A stretch of DNA of 63,617 nucleotides, counting the filler, from Octopus bimaculoides (taxonomy: Eukaryota), in NCBI RefSeq assembly GCF_001194135.2. It is 7 parts of 6 records of this genome, joined end to end, with 100 filler letters (N's around TTAATTAATTAA, not from the genome) between each part and the next. Parts side by side here need not be neighbours in the genome. Positions count along the whole stretch, not along the records: positions 1 to 11,557 come from NC_068989.1; 6 more parts are not named here. One strand, given 5' to 3'. A program made the translations under genes and the position numbers. Positions 1 through 11,657 of this stretch are shown piece after piece (position 1 is the stretch's first letter; each line of letters begins with the position of its first letter). A model generated the notes under the pieces. That model did not search any database, was not told the DNA's origin, and saw only the letters and a program-made list of their open reading frames with translations.

Positions 1-348
1 CACAAGAGCCAGTCCAGGGGCACTGGCAACGATCTCGCTCGAAAGTCCTTACACATGCCGCGGGCACAAGTGCCAGAAAGGCGACGCTGGGCACAGGTGC
101 CATCACAATTTTGCTTTCGCTTGCCCCAATAAGTCTTCGCAAGCTGAGTTTCGTGTCCAATGAGGGAGACGACGTTGGCATGGGTGCCAGTCATCGAATT
201 TAGTTCGATTTCACTTGCCTCAACAGGTCTTCGCAAGTGGAGTTTAGTGTCCAATGAAGGAAGGAAGGTACGCATAAGTGGACTGGCTGAGGCCTTAGAT
301 TTAGGTCTCACTTAGCTTGCTGGGCCTTCTCACACAGCATATTTCCAA
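1..348 (-). mobile_element. RTE-clade LINE 3' region (ORF end plus 3' UTR), cut by window edge
   Basis: Reverse complement ttggaaatatgctgtgtgagaaggcccagcaagctaagtga matches the ORF-terminal segment of the plus-strand copy at ~7890-7931 (WRYAVLEKTCQTK*). Internal ~90-bp duplication (~90-168 vs ~178-264). Confidence 0.7.
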
Positions 349-1848
349 TTGGCAGCTTAAAAGCCACACTCTGTGCGGACTTTGAAGCAGAGGTCTAATT
401 GGGCCTGCAGCCCAAAACTAAAGAGAGCTAAATAGCATGACTATAGTGTGTCTTTAAGGATTATGTGCCCCAGTGGTGTTTGATCAGGGGTTAAGGACAG
501 ATGAGAATTAATTTTGTAATGCAATCATTCTACTGTTCCAGTCCCAAGTTGAATTCCAAATGTTGGCCAATTTGTCCCAAAGTTCATATCTTGACGTAAA
601 ATTAATGAAGCAAATGTCATTTATCTCCCTCTTGATTTCTGACATCATCTGACAAATACCAATCAAGATGGCGTGAATCAGCCAATGTTTACCTTCAAAT
701 GTTTTAAAATCAGATCCCAATGCTGGTTGTTTGAAAACCAAATGAAGGGGAGATTTTCAATCTCAGGATCAACATGATTCCAAAACAGTATTATATGTCT
801 ATGTAGAGCAAATGTAGTCAGAAATACAGGGGTCCTAGATGGACTGACAGAATTTGGCTTTTATTAATGTATATATATATATATATATATACATACACAT
901 ACGCACATTAATATTGAACAGTGAGAATGAGTGCTCAACACTGCATTGGTGGATAAATATTCATTATTCATGGGGTAATCAGACTACCATTGATTTCATA
1001 TTGAGAGAGATATCTCTCAACAATTATTCAAGTCTGTGCCTTGGGATGTTGATATTTGTCTTTATCTGTGAGATCCCATGAAATCACATGAGATTTTAGA
1101 GTAAACAAATCAATATGCATCTCAAAGGGGAACATCTCCTGAATTATTATCTCTTTTGTATTAAATTTGAATTTTATAAATATTAAGTTTGGAGTTTGAA
1201 TTTTATGTGCATATGCATACAAAACCACACCTGTATTATGTGTATGTAGTAGTTCGTATTTGCATATATAAGGAACACATGCACACACACATATATATGT
1301 ATGATATGGTGGAGAAGACCTCATCTGAATCTTGTAGCATGAAAACAAAAGTAATGGTATAGGTCAAAGAGATTGAAATATGTCTGAAGTTGTCTCTTTT
1401 TTGCAAAAACAGATGAGACTCATCTTCTTCTAAGCAGATAAATCAACTTTGAGAAATTTATTTTAAATTTCATCAGATTATTTCCCTTACTGCATTAGGT
1501 CATGGTTTTCTTTCTCCAACTAGAAGGAAATCTAAATTAACAAATTTTTATATATGCCTGTGAGTACATTACTCTATGATTTCAATATTCAATTCCATGC
1601 TATTGGTCCATTTGATTATTTTCCTTAGCACATATTTTTACTAAAATTATATTCTTACTTCCTTGATCCTAAGCTTTGCTTCATAATTGGAGTTTCTTCT
1701 CAAATTCTTCAATAGATTCAGCTATGAGAATTAGATCATCAACACACAGGAGTTCCTATGCACAGCTAACTGGTTTTAAACTTATCTCAATCATACATGC
1801 ACTCACATGTATGCATATTCATCTAATACTGATATACATCCATCTATA

Positions 1849-2077
1849 TTAAACCCTTTAGCATTTAAACCTGCCAAACCAGGGCCAAATATTCTACATG
1901 TTCTATATTCAAACCAGCCAGATCTAGCCTCTCACACTTACCCTTTAATGTCACTCGAAAAATAAACAATCACACCGTTAAAATCTCAAAGTTACAAGAT
2001 AATGCATGATTAATTCAAAACAATGTGTATAAATAAGCATCACATTTGACAGAACAATCTGAATGCTAAAAAGTTAA
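1849..2077. mobile_element. Non-autonomous TTAA-flanked MITE (piggyBac-like)
   Basis: Left end ttaa-a-ccctttagcatt and right end aatgctaaaaag-ttaa form imperfect TIRs flanked by TTAA; no coding capacity. TTAA TSD with CCC/GGG termini is the piggyBac signature. Confidence 0.65.
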
Positions 2078-3408
2078 TAATACTACACATGTACAACAAA
2101 CTACAGTAAACCTATGTCTTTTTTTTGTACTTTATGTCAATAGTAAGTGTTGTCTTTTACTATACTATATACAGCTCATTATCATGTAGGAAAATGAAAA
2201 GATTAGAAAGCTGCTTGAAGAGATGTGATAGGGCAAAACTTTAAAAAACAACATTAGAATGTTGAAGAAGCTTTCTAACTACACAGATACGTTGGCATTG
2301 ACTGAAACACTTCCGAGGTTATTGTTTATGAATATAGATGAAAACATTTAAAGAAAAGATCTATTTGTTTACATACATGAATGTATGAAAGTATGAGTGT
2401 GTGTGTATGTGGGGGAGAGAGAGAGAGAAAGAAAGAATAAGAGAGGGAGTGTGTTTATGTAAGTATGTGCCAATATTTACTTTTCTGAAGTAATTCCTCT
2501 TTAAGATGTTTTCCATCAAATACATGATTATACTGTAGTTATAGTGTTGTGTAAACACACAACACAAACCCATATATATTTATACACACACACACACACA
2601 TATGTATGTATGTATATTCATAAAAATGTGAATACTAGTAGATAGTCATCTTAATATACTGCAGGGGAAAACACAAATAAACATACAAAAAAAAAAACAA
2701 CAACAAAAAAGCTATAATAATTAGGAGAGAAAGTAAAAGAGAAAGTATATGTGAAATTGAAGGAGAGGGAGAGGGGAGAAAGAGAAAACGATGTGATATG
2801 ATTCAAATATCAAAGATTACTGTTGGCAATGTTAGATTCTATTTCAACAGGTTGGAATCAATCTTTTTTTTTTCATAAGCGAAGACAAAGAAAAAGAGGT
2901 CATCAGGGGAATGTGTTGAAACAAAATCTGACATTATGGAAACGGAAAAATTCTTCCACCCATGATTTGAATGATTAGAAAAATAATAAATTATCAAACA
3001 AAAGAGTCATTAGTTGGTCATGCAGAATGTTCACATGATGATGATGATGATGATGATGATGATGGTGGTGATCCACATCATCATCATCACCATGATCATG
3101 ATCATGAGATCCTGTCCATAATAAAAATTTCTAACATAGGCACAAAGAGTCCAGTTCAGAAGCAGGGGTTTACTTGCTGAAATTGGTTCCACTACTTGAC
3201 TGTATTTAAAAAAAAAAATTTCTTTACCCTTACCCACCACACACATCACTCAGATAAGACTTTTGTTTGATGTTCTAACAATTCTGCCAATCCACCATTC
3301 TTATGACCAAGACAAAATCATAATGTATAACACTGGGGCAGATATTGAAAAGGTAAGTAGTATACAAATGATTCAATTGATCTGAGTATTTAACCAGGGG
3401 CATATATT

Positions 3409-3640
3409 TATTTCTTTAATTGCCCACAGGGGGCTAAACATAGAGGGGACAAACAAGGACAGACAAAGGGATTAAGTCGATTAGATCGACCCCAGTACAC
3501 AACTGGTACTTAATTTATTGACCCCGAAAGGATGAATGGCAAAGTCGACCTTGGTGGAATTCGAACTCAGATCGTAAAGACAGATGAAATACTGCTAAGC
3601 AATTCACTCAGCGTGCTTATGTTTCTGCCAGCTGGCCGTT
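3409..3640 (-). mobile_element. Full-length tRNA-derived SINE, family B, with 13-bp TSD
   Basis: aggggcatatatt is duplicated at 3396-3408 and 3641-3653. Minus strand has A-box-like ctggcagaaac and B-box-like gagttcgaattcc. Homologous to 35878-36112. Confidence 0.9.
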
Positions 3641-4228
3641 AGGGGCATATATTCCGGATGTGCTAGGTGTGTGTTGCGCACTCATTGGAAATAGCAAATT
3701 AATTATAAATATTAACCATACTCATTAATTTAATCACAAATCTTAATGGAAAACTTTTGGTATACCCCTGATTGAAATTAGGTGGCATTGGGTGTGGCAG
3801 CATACCCAAAACAGCAACCACCATACACCACTGTTTTTAACTGATAGTTATTTTATTGTGTGAGGCTAAGGGGGTGGCCTTGCCATGAGTATAGGGTCAG
3901 TGACATCATGTAAGCAGTTGAGGGTCCTTGCTGGATGTTTAGGAGTCTGTGACATGTAAGTGGAAGTATGACCAGTGGGGGAGGGTATCTTTTCCCTTTA
4001 GTTGTTGCTTTGAATGGACATGGTTATATTCCTCTAGGTTCTGGCCAGAGGTTATATGAGTAGTGCTCTCATTTGTATGGGGTTGATGATGGGAGAGGAC
4101 CCATAAGGTAGGTGTGATATGCCTTGTTCCCCTACAACATATTAATTCTGGAGGAGTGCAATATAAAAATTAACTCTGAGAGGTTTAGAACACAAGGAGA
4201 CAACTAAATACAGAAAGACATTTTGTTC

Positions 4229-4302
4229 TGCACTCTACAGTTGTTGTGACTATAAAAAAAAGTCTTGCACTCTACAGTTGTTGTGACTATAAAAAAAAGT
4301 CT
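4229..4302. repeat. Perfect 37-bp tandem duplication
   Basis: tgcactctacagttgttgtgactataaaaaaaagtct occurs at 4229-4265 and 4266-4302. Confidence 0.95.
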
Positions 4303-4714
4303 TGCAATGACACTATGCCATAAATATGTAGGAGAGAGCTTTGATAAACTGAAATAATTCCAGTGCACAAGTACTTTGGACATTGTCCTTCAGGACAATG
4401 TCAAACCTGGCTTCATTTCAACTTGAAATTTTAAACAAAGAAAACTAAATACATGGCTATGCAATAGTGCTCCATTTCTTCTGTTTGTCTCAGTCAAGCA
4501 ATCTGTCATCTCTCTGAAGACAAACGTCCAAAAAATATCTGCTCTAACTTCTCAATCCAGTTCAGAAAATGGAAAGTTTGTGTGGCATGAGTAGAGGGAA
4601 GACTGTAATGTTTAAAGAAGAAACGTGTAGAAATCTACTGGAAGGAGAATTAGAAATAAGGTTAAAGAATATAAGAAAAATAATATGGAGAGAGGGATAA
4701 CATGGCAGAAGGGC

Positions 4715-5054
4715 TGCTGAAACCCCCTTCAGTTATGACTGACCATGGGATTGCACCTAGAAAGTTACCCTCCGAGGCACAAGTCCGAGCAAGGTTTTTT
4801 ATGGAAGACTAGCAGTCGCCCATGCATACCGGCCTCTCCTCTCCAAGCCACTAGTGTTATCCAAGGGAAAGGCAATGGCTGATACAGCTTGGCACCTGTG
4901 ATGTCGCAACTCATTTCTACAGCTGAGTGAACTGGAGCAACGTGAAATAAAATGTCTTGCTCAAGAACACAACACGCAGCCCAGTCTGGGATTCGAACTC
5001 ACAACCTCACGATCGTAAGCTCGACGCTCTAACCACTGAGCCATGTGCCTTCAC
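4715..5054 (-). mobile_element. tRNA-derived SINE, family C
   Basis: Minus strand: A box tggctcagtgg and B box gagttcgaatccc, then gtgttgtgttcttgagcaagac (conserved-core-like body). A related fragment lies at 36275-36375. Confidence 0.85.
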
Positions 5055-5110
5055 TAGGGCAGTGGACAGTTAAATGCACATGCTATTCCATTGTATATAT
5101 ATATATATAT

Positions 5111-5440
5111 GGAGGCACAATGGCCCAGTGGTTAGGGCAGTGGTTAGGATTGTGGCTTCAATTTCCAGACAGGGCGTTGTGAGTGTTTATTGAGTGAAAA
5201 CACTTAAAGCTCTATGAGGCTCTGGCAGGTGGTGAACCCTGCTGTATTCTTTCACCACAACTTTCTCTCACTCTTTCTTCCTGTTTCTGCTGTACCTGTA
5301 TTTCAAAGGGCCAGCTGTGTCATGCTGAATCTCCCCAAGAACAACGTTAAGGGTACACGTACCTGTGGAGTGCATGAGCAGGCTGTTCCATTGATAGGAT
5401 CAACTGGATCCCTCATCGTCGTAACTTACAGAGTGCCACA
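5111..5440 (+). mobile_element. tRNA-derived SINE, family D (CpG-decayed copy)
   Basis: A box tggcccagtgg; aligns along its whole length with 40843-41218. Confidence 0.85.
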
Positions 5441-5491
5441 ATGATATATATATGGGTGTATATATATTTGGATATATATATATATATATAT

Positions 5492-5593
5492 GGGAGAATA
5501 TACAAAAAATAACAACAGACGAGGACAGGTGGTGTAAATAACAAAAGTATATATTAGTATGACGCTCGGGAATACGGAAAGTCTTTGACGTTT
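5492..5593 (-). mobile_element. Penelope-like terminal (pLTR) fragment abutting (TA)n, with the 3' half of a hammerhead motif
   Basis: gacgctcgggaatacggaaagtctttgacgttt resembles 13651-13688; the minus strand reads AAA-CG-TC and then enters a 10-N gap. Confidence 0.5.
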
Positions 5594-5718
5594 NNNNNNN
5601 NNNATATATATATATATATATATACACATATATACAAACATATATATATACACACATATATATATATATACACATAAATATACACACATAAATACATATA
5701 TACATAAATATATATATA

Positions 5719-5759
<41 letters not shown>

Positions 5760-6436
5760 NNNNNNNNNNNNNNNNNNNNNNNNNNNNNNNNNNNNNNNNN
5801 NNNNNNNNNNNNNNNNNNNNNNNNNNNNNNNNNNNNNNNNNNNNNNNNNNNNNNNNNNNNNNNNNNNNNNNNNNNNNNNNNNNNNNNNNNNNNNNNNNNN
5901 NNNNNNNNNNNNNNNNNNNNNNNNNNNNNNNNNNNNNNNNNNNNNNNNNNNNNNNNNNNNNNNNNNNNNNNNNNNNNNNNNNNNNNNNNNNNNNNNNNNN
6001 NNNNNNNNNNNNNNNNNNNNNNNNNNNNNNNNNNNNNNNNNNNNNNNNNNNNNNNNNNNNNNNNNNNNNNNNNNNNNNNNNNNNNNNNNNNNNNNNNNNN
6101 NNNNNNNNNNNNNNNNNNNNNNNNNNNNNNNNNNNNNNNNNNNNNNNNNNNNNNNNNNNNNNNNNNNNNNNNNNNNNNNNNNNNNNNNNNNNNNNNNNNN
6201 NNNNNNNNNNNNNNNNNNNNNNNNNNNNNNNNNNNNNNNNNNNNNNNNNNNNNNNNNNNNNNNNNNNNNNNNNNNNNNNNNNNNNNNNNNNNNNNNNNNN
6301 NNNNNNNNNNNNNNNNNNNNNNNNNNNNNNNNNNNNNNNNNNNNNNNNNNNNNNNNNNNNNNNNNNNNNNNNNNNNNNNNNNNNNNNNNNNNNNNNNNNN
6401 NNNNNNNNNNNNNNNNNNNNNNNNNNNNNNNNNGCA

Positions 6437-6474
<38 letters not shown>

Positions 6475-6603
6475 ATTGAAAACGGTCCTTCAGCGACAAC
6501 ACATCTTGATAAACTCAGTGGCTACTACTAACTTCAAGCCACAATAGACAGAGAGGATGGTCTTGAAGCCGAGAATTTGAACTTATGGAGACAATATTTA
6601 CGT

Positions 6604-6708
6604 ATCACCTGAGGAAACACAACTAAGTCTCATAATGCAGGGAAATGGTTGCATAATGAACTACCTGCATGCTGGAGAACTATGTTTTGTAGAAACAATT
6701 GTGGTGAT
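6604..6708 (+). ncRNA. Degenerate Penelope-type hammerhead motif with long helix II
   Basis: ATCAC-CTGAGGA-A-[~27-bp imperfect stem]-A-GAAA-CAATTG-T-G-GTGAT. Helix I is ATCAC/GTGAT and helix III is the palindrome ACAATTGT. The cleavage position is G, so it is predicted inactive. Confidence 0.5.
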
Positions 6709-7560
6709 TGAAAACAACTATCCAACCATACGCCTTCTTGTTGACTCCAAATTTTTCAAAATTTTTTAAATTATCTATTCACACATGACAAAAGCCCAAA
6801 CGCAAACCTGGAACTATGTATAATGCTACTACCAGATAGCACAGGGTGAAATCTGAAGGTGGACGCACTATATACTGTACTCTACTACGTTCTTAACAAA
6901 ATATACCATAACTATATATATATATATACATATATTTCTATGCTACAATGGGCAGCTTTCTAAAATCTGAACACACATAAATTATTAGGGTTGATAATTT
7001 TTGTTAAGCCTAGAACTATCAGTCTTCAAGCCACTATACCAACCCTACTACTCTACTTCAACTGAAACTAAAAATTAAACAGTAATAACCTTAGGGAACC
7101 TTCCCGACTATCCTATTGAAGAGAACAGTGAAAGACCACAGCTTTCACCAATTTCTCATTGCATAAATAAATAAATAAATAGACCTTTTGCTTCCCTGTT
7201 CTAAGGTCAGAGAAACTGGGAATTGGTATGAAAAGATTGTCATGATCGATCAAATGTGTTAACATCATTTACACCTTCCCTAACATAGTTACAATTAGAG
7301 CCATTGGAAATCTGCCATACTGTTAGCAATCATTCCTAGTTCAACTAGTTTTTGGAACACTTCTGACAGCATCATCATATTGAACATTTGGATGAGTTTT
7401 CAAATGGTTGGGTCGATAATGTATTGGCTTCTTGATAGAAGTGTTGTGAGTTCAGATCTCATCACTGCAGCTGTAGTTTGGGTAAGGCAATGTTAGTCAT
7501 TTAGATCCACTTTCTTGATAAAAGAAAAAAAAAAGGATCTTAAGAATACATATACATATT

Positions 7561-7760
7561 CTTTTAATCTTTTACTTATTTCAGTCACAGGACTGCAGCC
7601 ATGTTGGAGAAATGCCTTGTCAGGTTAGTCAAAGAAATTAAAACCCCAGTTTAAATTGAGTGCTAATTCTGTCACTTCCATCTGCTGAACTGTTAGGTTA
7701 TGGGGACTTAAACCAACATCAGTTGTTAAGTGGTGGAGGGACAAACACAAAAACACACAC
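7561..7760 (-). mobile_element. SINE family A, decayed 3' half
   Basis: Reverse complement matches the 3' half of 50181-50578 (cttttacttatttcagtcacaggactgcagccatg ... gggacaaacac). Confidence 0.75.
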
Positions 7761-8348
7761 GTGTGCCAATCTCTAACTGTGGAGGGAACCTGTGGTAGGA
7801 GTAGACCCAAGAAGACATGGGACGAGGTGATGAAGCACGATCTTCAAACTTTGGGTCTCACAGAGGCAATAACTAGTGACTGAGACCTTTGGCGATATGC
7901 TGTGCTTGAGAAGACCTGTCAAACCAAGTGAAATCGTAGTCGCGGATGATGCTGGTGTTCTGTAACTGGTACTTGTGCTAGTGACATGTAAAATGCACCT
8001 TTTGAATGATGGGCCTCATAGAAGCAAAGCGGCTGAGCTCCTTTTGAGTGTTGGGCTTCATGAAGGCAATGACCGAGACCGTTGGCATTATGTCATGCTT
8101 GAGATGAAGACACATCAAGCCAAGAAAAACCGCAGTCATGGCAGATACCAGTGTCATGCAAATGGCACCCATGCCAGTGGCACGTAAACGTGCCCATTAC
8201 ACTCTGAGAGTGGTTGGAATTAGGAAGGGCATCCAGCTGTAGAAATCATGCCAAATCAGACTGGTGTCTGGTGCAGCCTTCCAGCTTGCCAGCCCTGGTC
8301 AAACTGTCTAACCCATGCCAGCATGGACAACGGACGTTAAATGATGAT
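7761..8348 (+). mobile_element. 5'-truncated RTE LINE: ORF C-terminus, 3' UTR and (ATG)n tail
   Basis: Translates to CQSLTVEGTCGRSRPKKTWDEVMKHDLQTLGLTEAITSD*DLWRYAVLEKTCQTK*, the RTE C-terminal pattern G.RGRGRPKKTW..V..DL...GL....DR..WR; ends aacggacgttaaatgatgat. Confidence 0.9.
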
Positions 8349-8417
8349 ATATATAAATAATAAACATACACACACACATGCATATGTGACAAGCTTCTAC
8401 ATTGTTACTGTCAGCTA

Positions 8418-8555
8418 AATTCACTTACAAGGTATTGGTCAGCTTGCAGTTACAATAGAAAACACTTGTTGCCAAAGGTGCCATGCAGCAGGACTGTACT
8501 CAAAACTATGTCGTTGCAAAACAAATCTTCTAATCACATGGCCATGCCAGCACCT
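8418..8555 (-). mobile_element. SINE family A, decayed 5' half
   Basis: aaattcacttacaaggtattggtc...agaaaacacttg...ccaaaggtgccatgcagcaggactg is the reverse complement of the head and core of 50181-50300. Confidence 0.7.
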
Positions 8556-9199
8556 ATTTGCATATACATATATGCACACATACACATTCACGTAATGGTT
8601 TTGAAGTGAAGTGCTAAAATGATTTTAAACTGAAAAATAATTTTAGTTGGTTTACTGAGCTGAGATCAAACCTTATACAAAAATAAACTATCTCTCATTT
8701 GTAATCTCAAGCATTATCAAGTTTCCAAATGCAGGTGAAAATTAGAAAAAAAAATATGATGTCAAGTTTTACATTAAAAGAGGACAACACATAAGTTATG
8801 TCATATTAAGTTACATTCTGTCTGTAAAATGATCATGTCTGCAATTAACTAACAATCCTTGTCGGAAAATATAAAAAAGAAACGAGAACAGCTATATAAA
8901 ATAACTGATGGAAAAATGACTCAACAGCTTCTTTAATGACTTATCTCTGTCAGAACCAACATGCTCAACATCGCTTCATTTCTTTCATCAAACAGACTAA
9001 ATTCAGAATGTCATTGACCGTTGTGCAAAAGATCAATAAATCACACACGATGGTGATGATAAGAGTAGTATGAGCACAGCGTTTTGTTATTACTCTGAAG
9101 ATTGATAATAAAACTACAGCTTAAAAGGCAAAGAAAAACAGTGGTAGACTCAACAAAGACACAGTGGGATCCAGTTGCATGCATACTGTGTATACAAAT

Positions 9200-9870
9200 T
9201 ATGCTTTCAGAAGTTCAGGCATGCTGTGTTAGCTTAGGAATGCAGGTCTTTTCAAGCACTACACATCACCAATTGTCCTATTCCCTTATCATCTCCTCCA
9301 TGAGGCTCAACATTCTGAGATCAGCCTTCATCACTTCAACCTATGTCTCCCTCTCCCATGTACAGTAAGTAATTGGTGTTTCCTTACACAACTATCCTTA
9401 TCCATACATATCACATGACCAAACCAAAGCAATATTCTCTCTTGCACATATTTGATTCCTTTTACGCCCAGTTTTTCTCTTCACACATATGTACTGAGTT
9501 GTTCATAGACACTAACACTACACATTTTGAGGAATATGCTTGCTTCATTGCTTTCTAATCTTTGCAGGTCCTCTGCATTTAGGGCCTATGTCATGCTACT
9601 ACATAGCATTGTAGTTTGTACATAGGGATCATATGGCTCGCTTTTTGCCCTCTGAGAGAAACCTTTTGTTACCAACAAAGTTAGTAGCTCCTTGAACATT
9701 CTCTAGCCTTCTCTTCCACTGGCTACAATACTTTCAGAAAATGTGAAGTTACCTAAGTAACAGAAACTATCTACTACTTCTAGAGATACTCCTGGGCAAC
9801 TGAGAGCATCGATTTACCATGTATATTATTCCTGTGCATCAGCCATTTACGAAATCTGCTTTCTCTATAA
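9200..9870 (-). mobile_element. Decayed RTE LINE, post-RT / C-terminal region
   Basis: Minus-strand translation gives LEVVDSFCYLG (9751-9783), LLTLLVTKGFS, ALNAEDLQRLESNEAS and LLWFGHV (9412-9432), with stops and frameshifts. Confidence 0.85.
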
Positions 9871-10564
9871 ACATTCTGTCCATTGTTCTTATCATCTTTC
9901 CATTCATATTTACTTCCAATTGCTTCCATTCCTGCTCACTATCCACTACATTCATCTTTATACATATGATTATCATTACCCCATGCTTATACCCATATCC
10001 CACTCTCCCTCAATACTCTTGCCATCTTACTTGTCCCTGCTGGTTCTTTTGACCCTTGACTCCCTTCTGCTTATCTTCTGGACATATTACCATGAGAGTA
10101 TAATCTAGCACTTCATCCACACCACATTTTTTTGCACCAATCCAATCACTCCCACCCACATATGTAAAATGTGTAGTAGCATTAATTTATTTATCATCTG
10201 ACCTTTGAATAAAACACACATCATTATCAAGCTGTGTCAATAACAGAACTAGCTTTTATTATCAAAGAGTGAAAACATTGTAGTATTTGTGCATAATAAA
10301 ACTGTATATTTTATTATAAAACAATGTACATCTGTTGACCATAAGTAAATGAATAGATAAGCTTAAGAAGGATCTGATTCTGCTTTTGAAGATCTTAGTT
10401 TTTTTATTAACTCAGATACAAATCTATCAACAGTGAATTTCTTGCATCTTACCCTGAATATATCTAATGGATTATATTAACCCACAACAAACTCTACAAG
10501 ACTCTGAATTACATAAATAAATTTCCTAATCACCACTTTTTAACATGAAAATAGACAGAGAAAA

Positions 10565-10812
10565 GGTGGCGATCAGCTGACCACAAGGGTGCCAACACAT
10601 GCGAGACCAATAGGATTGCTGCTGCAGAAGACTGCAGACAAGCCAGGAGGAACAGAGCTAACAACCCTGTAGCAGGTGCTATCCTTCCCTGTCCACACTG
10701 TCAAAGACTCTTTCGGGTGCAGATTGGCCTCACTAGCCATTTGTGGACTCACAAAACAAGCCCACCCTCACCCCAGGATGACTAGATGGTCTTTGTCGCA
10801 TTGACGGACAAA
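10565..10812 (+). mobile_element. RTE (BovB-like) LINE 3' end with C2H2-like knuckle
   Basis: Translates to WRSADHKGANTCETNRIAAAEDCRQARRNRANNPVAGAILPCPHCQRLFRVQIGLTSHLWTH, followed by the RTE-type terminal atggtctttgtcgcattgacggac. Confidence 0.85.
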
Positions 10813-11522
10813 CTACTCATACTCACATATATACATACACACACAAATGAACAGTAGCTATTTATATATGTTACTATAACATTGATATCCTCTATTTCTT
10901 TTGATGCACTGACTTTGAAGAAAGGACACTGTGATATTAGAGTTTGAGCTGTTGCCATGTATATTACCTATTTCCTTCAATTCCCAATTAACATTCAAAT
11001 TCTGATAAGATAACATGTGTGTATGCACACACACACACACACACACACACAAGTATATATGCATATTTATGTATGAAGTATATGTATATATCCCTGTATG
11101 CATAAATATGTGTGGGAGAAAGAATATACTCAAAAGAAGGAGCAGCTACTAAAGTCGATGGTTCTATGAACAATATAGCCATTAAGGATATTGAGATAAG
11201 GAAACTAACTGACCCATCAAGACTCAAGTCAGTTGCATAACTCATCAGATAATACAGAAATGTGTCATACCTAATAACTAGTGAAGCGGTATAATTGTCA
11301 ACAATTACAAGGCAAAGGAAATGCATTAGAAATTTGCAAATTTAGAAGTATCAAAGTGTTGGACAAAGTTATGAAAGTATTATAAAAAGAATTAACACAA
11401 TTGATTAGGGAGAGAATTCATTTAGGTGTCTTTTCATAGAAAGACAACTACTACAAGAGAATATTTTAGCTGAGTAATCCTCTTTACTGAGCACGTGTTT
11501 TTGCATGTGTATCAACACACAC

Positions 11523-11555
<33 letters not shown>

Positions 11556-11557
11556 TA

Positions 11558-11657
11558 NNNNNNNNNNNNNNNNNNNNNNNNNNNNNNNNNNNNNNNNNNN
11601 NTTAATTAATTAANNNNNNNNNNNNNNNNNNNNNNNNNNNNNNNNNNNNNNNNNNNN
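11558..11657. other. Artificial 100-bp scaffold-join marker (N44-TTAATTAATTAA-N44)
   Basis: Identical 44+12+44 structure at 11558, 19361, 25543, 29496, 60741 and 62486; the 12-mer has stops in all six frames. An assembly artefact, so order, orientation and distance across these joins are uncertain. Confidence 0.95.

Noticed and set aside
4985-5054. tRNA-like A/B boxes (also 5111, 40843, 50181)
   Set aside because: Heads of repeated SINEs with no complete cloverleaf; not tRNA genes.
11602-11613. TTAATTAATTAA 12-mer recurring six times
   Set aside because: Always centred in N44/N44; an assembly spacer, not a biological motif.
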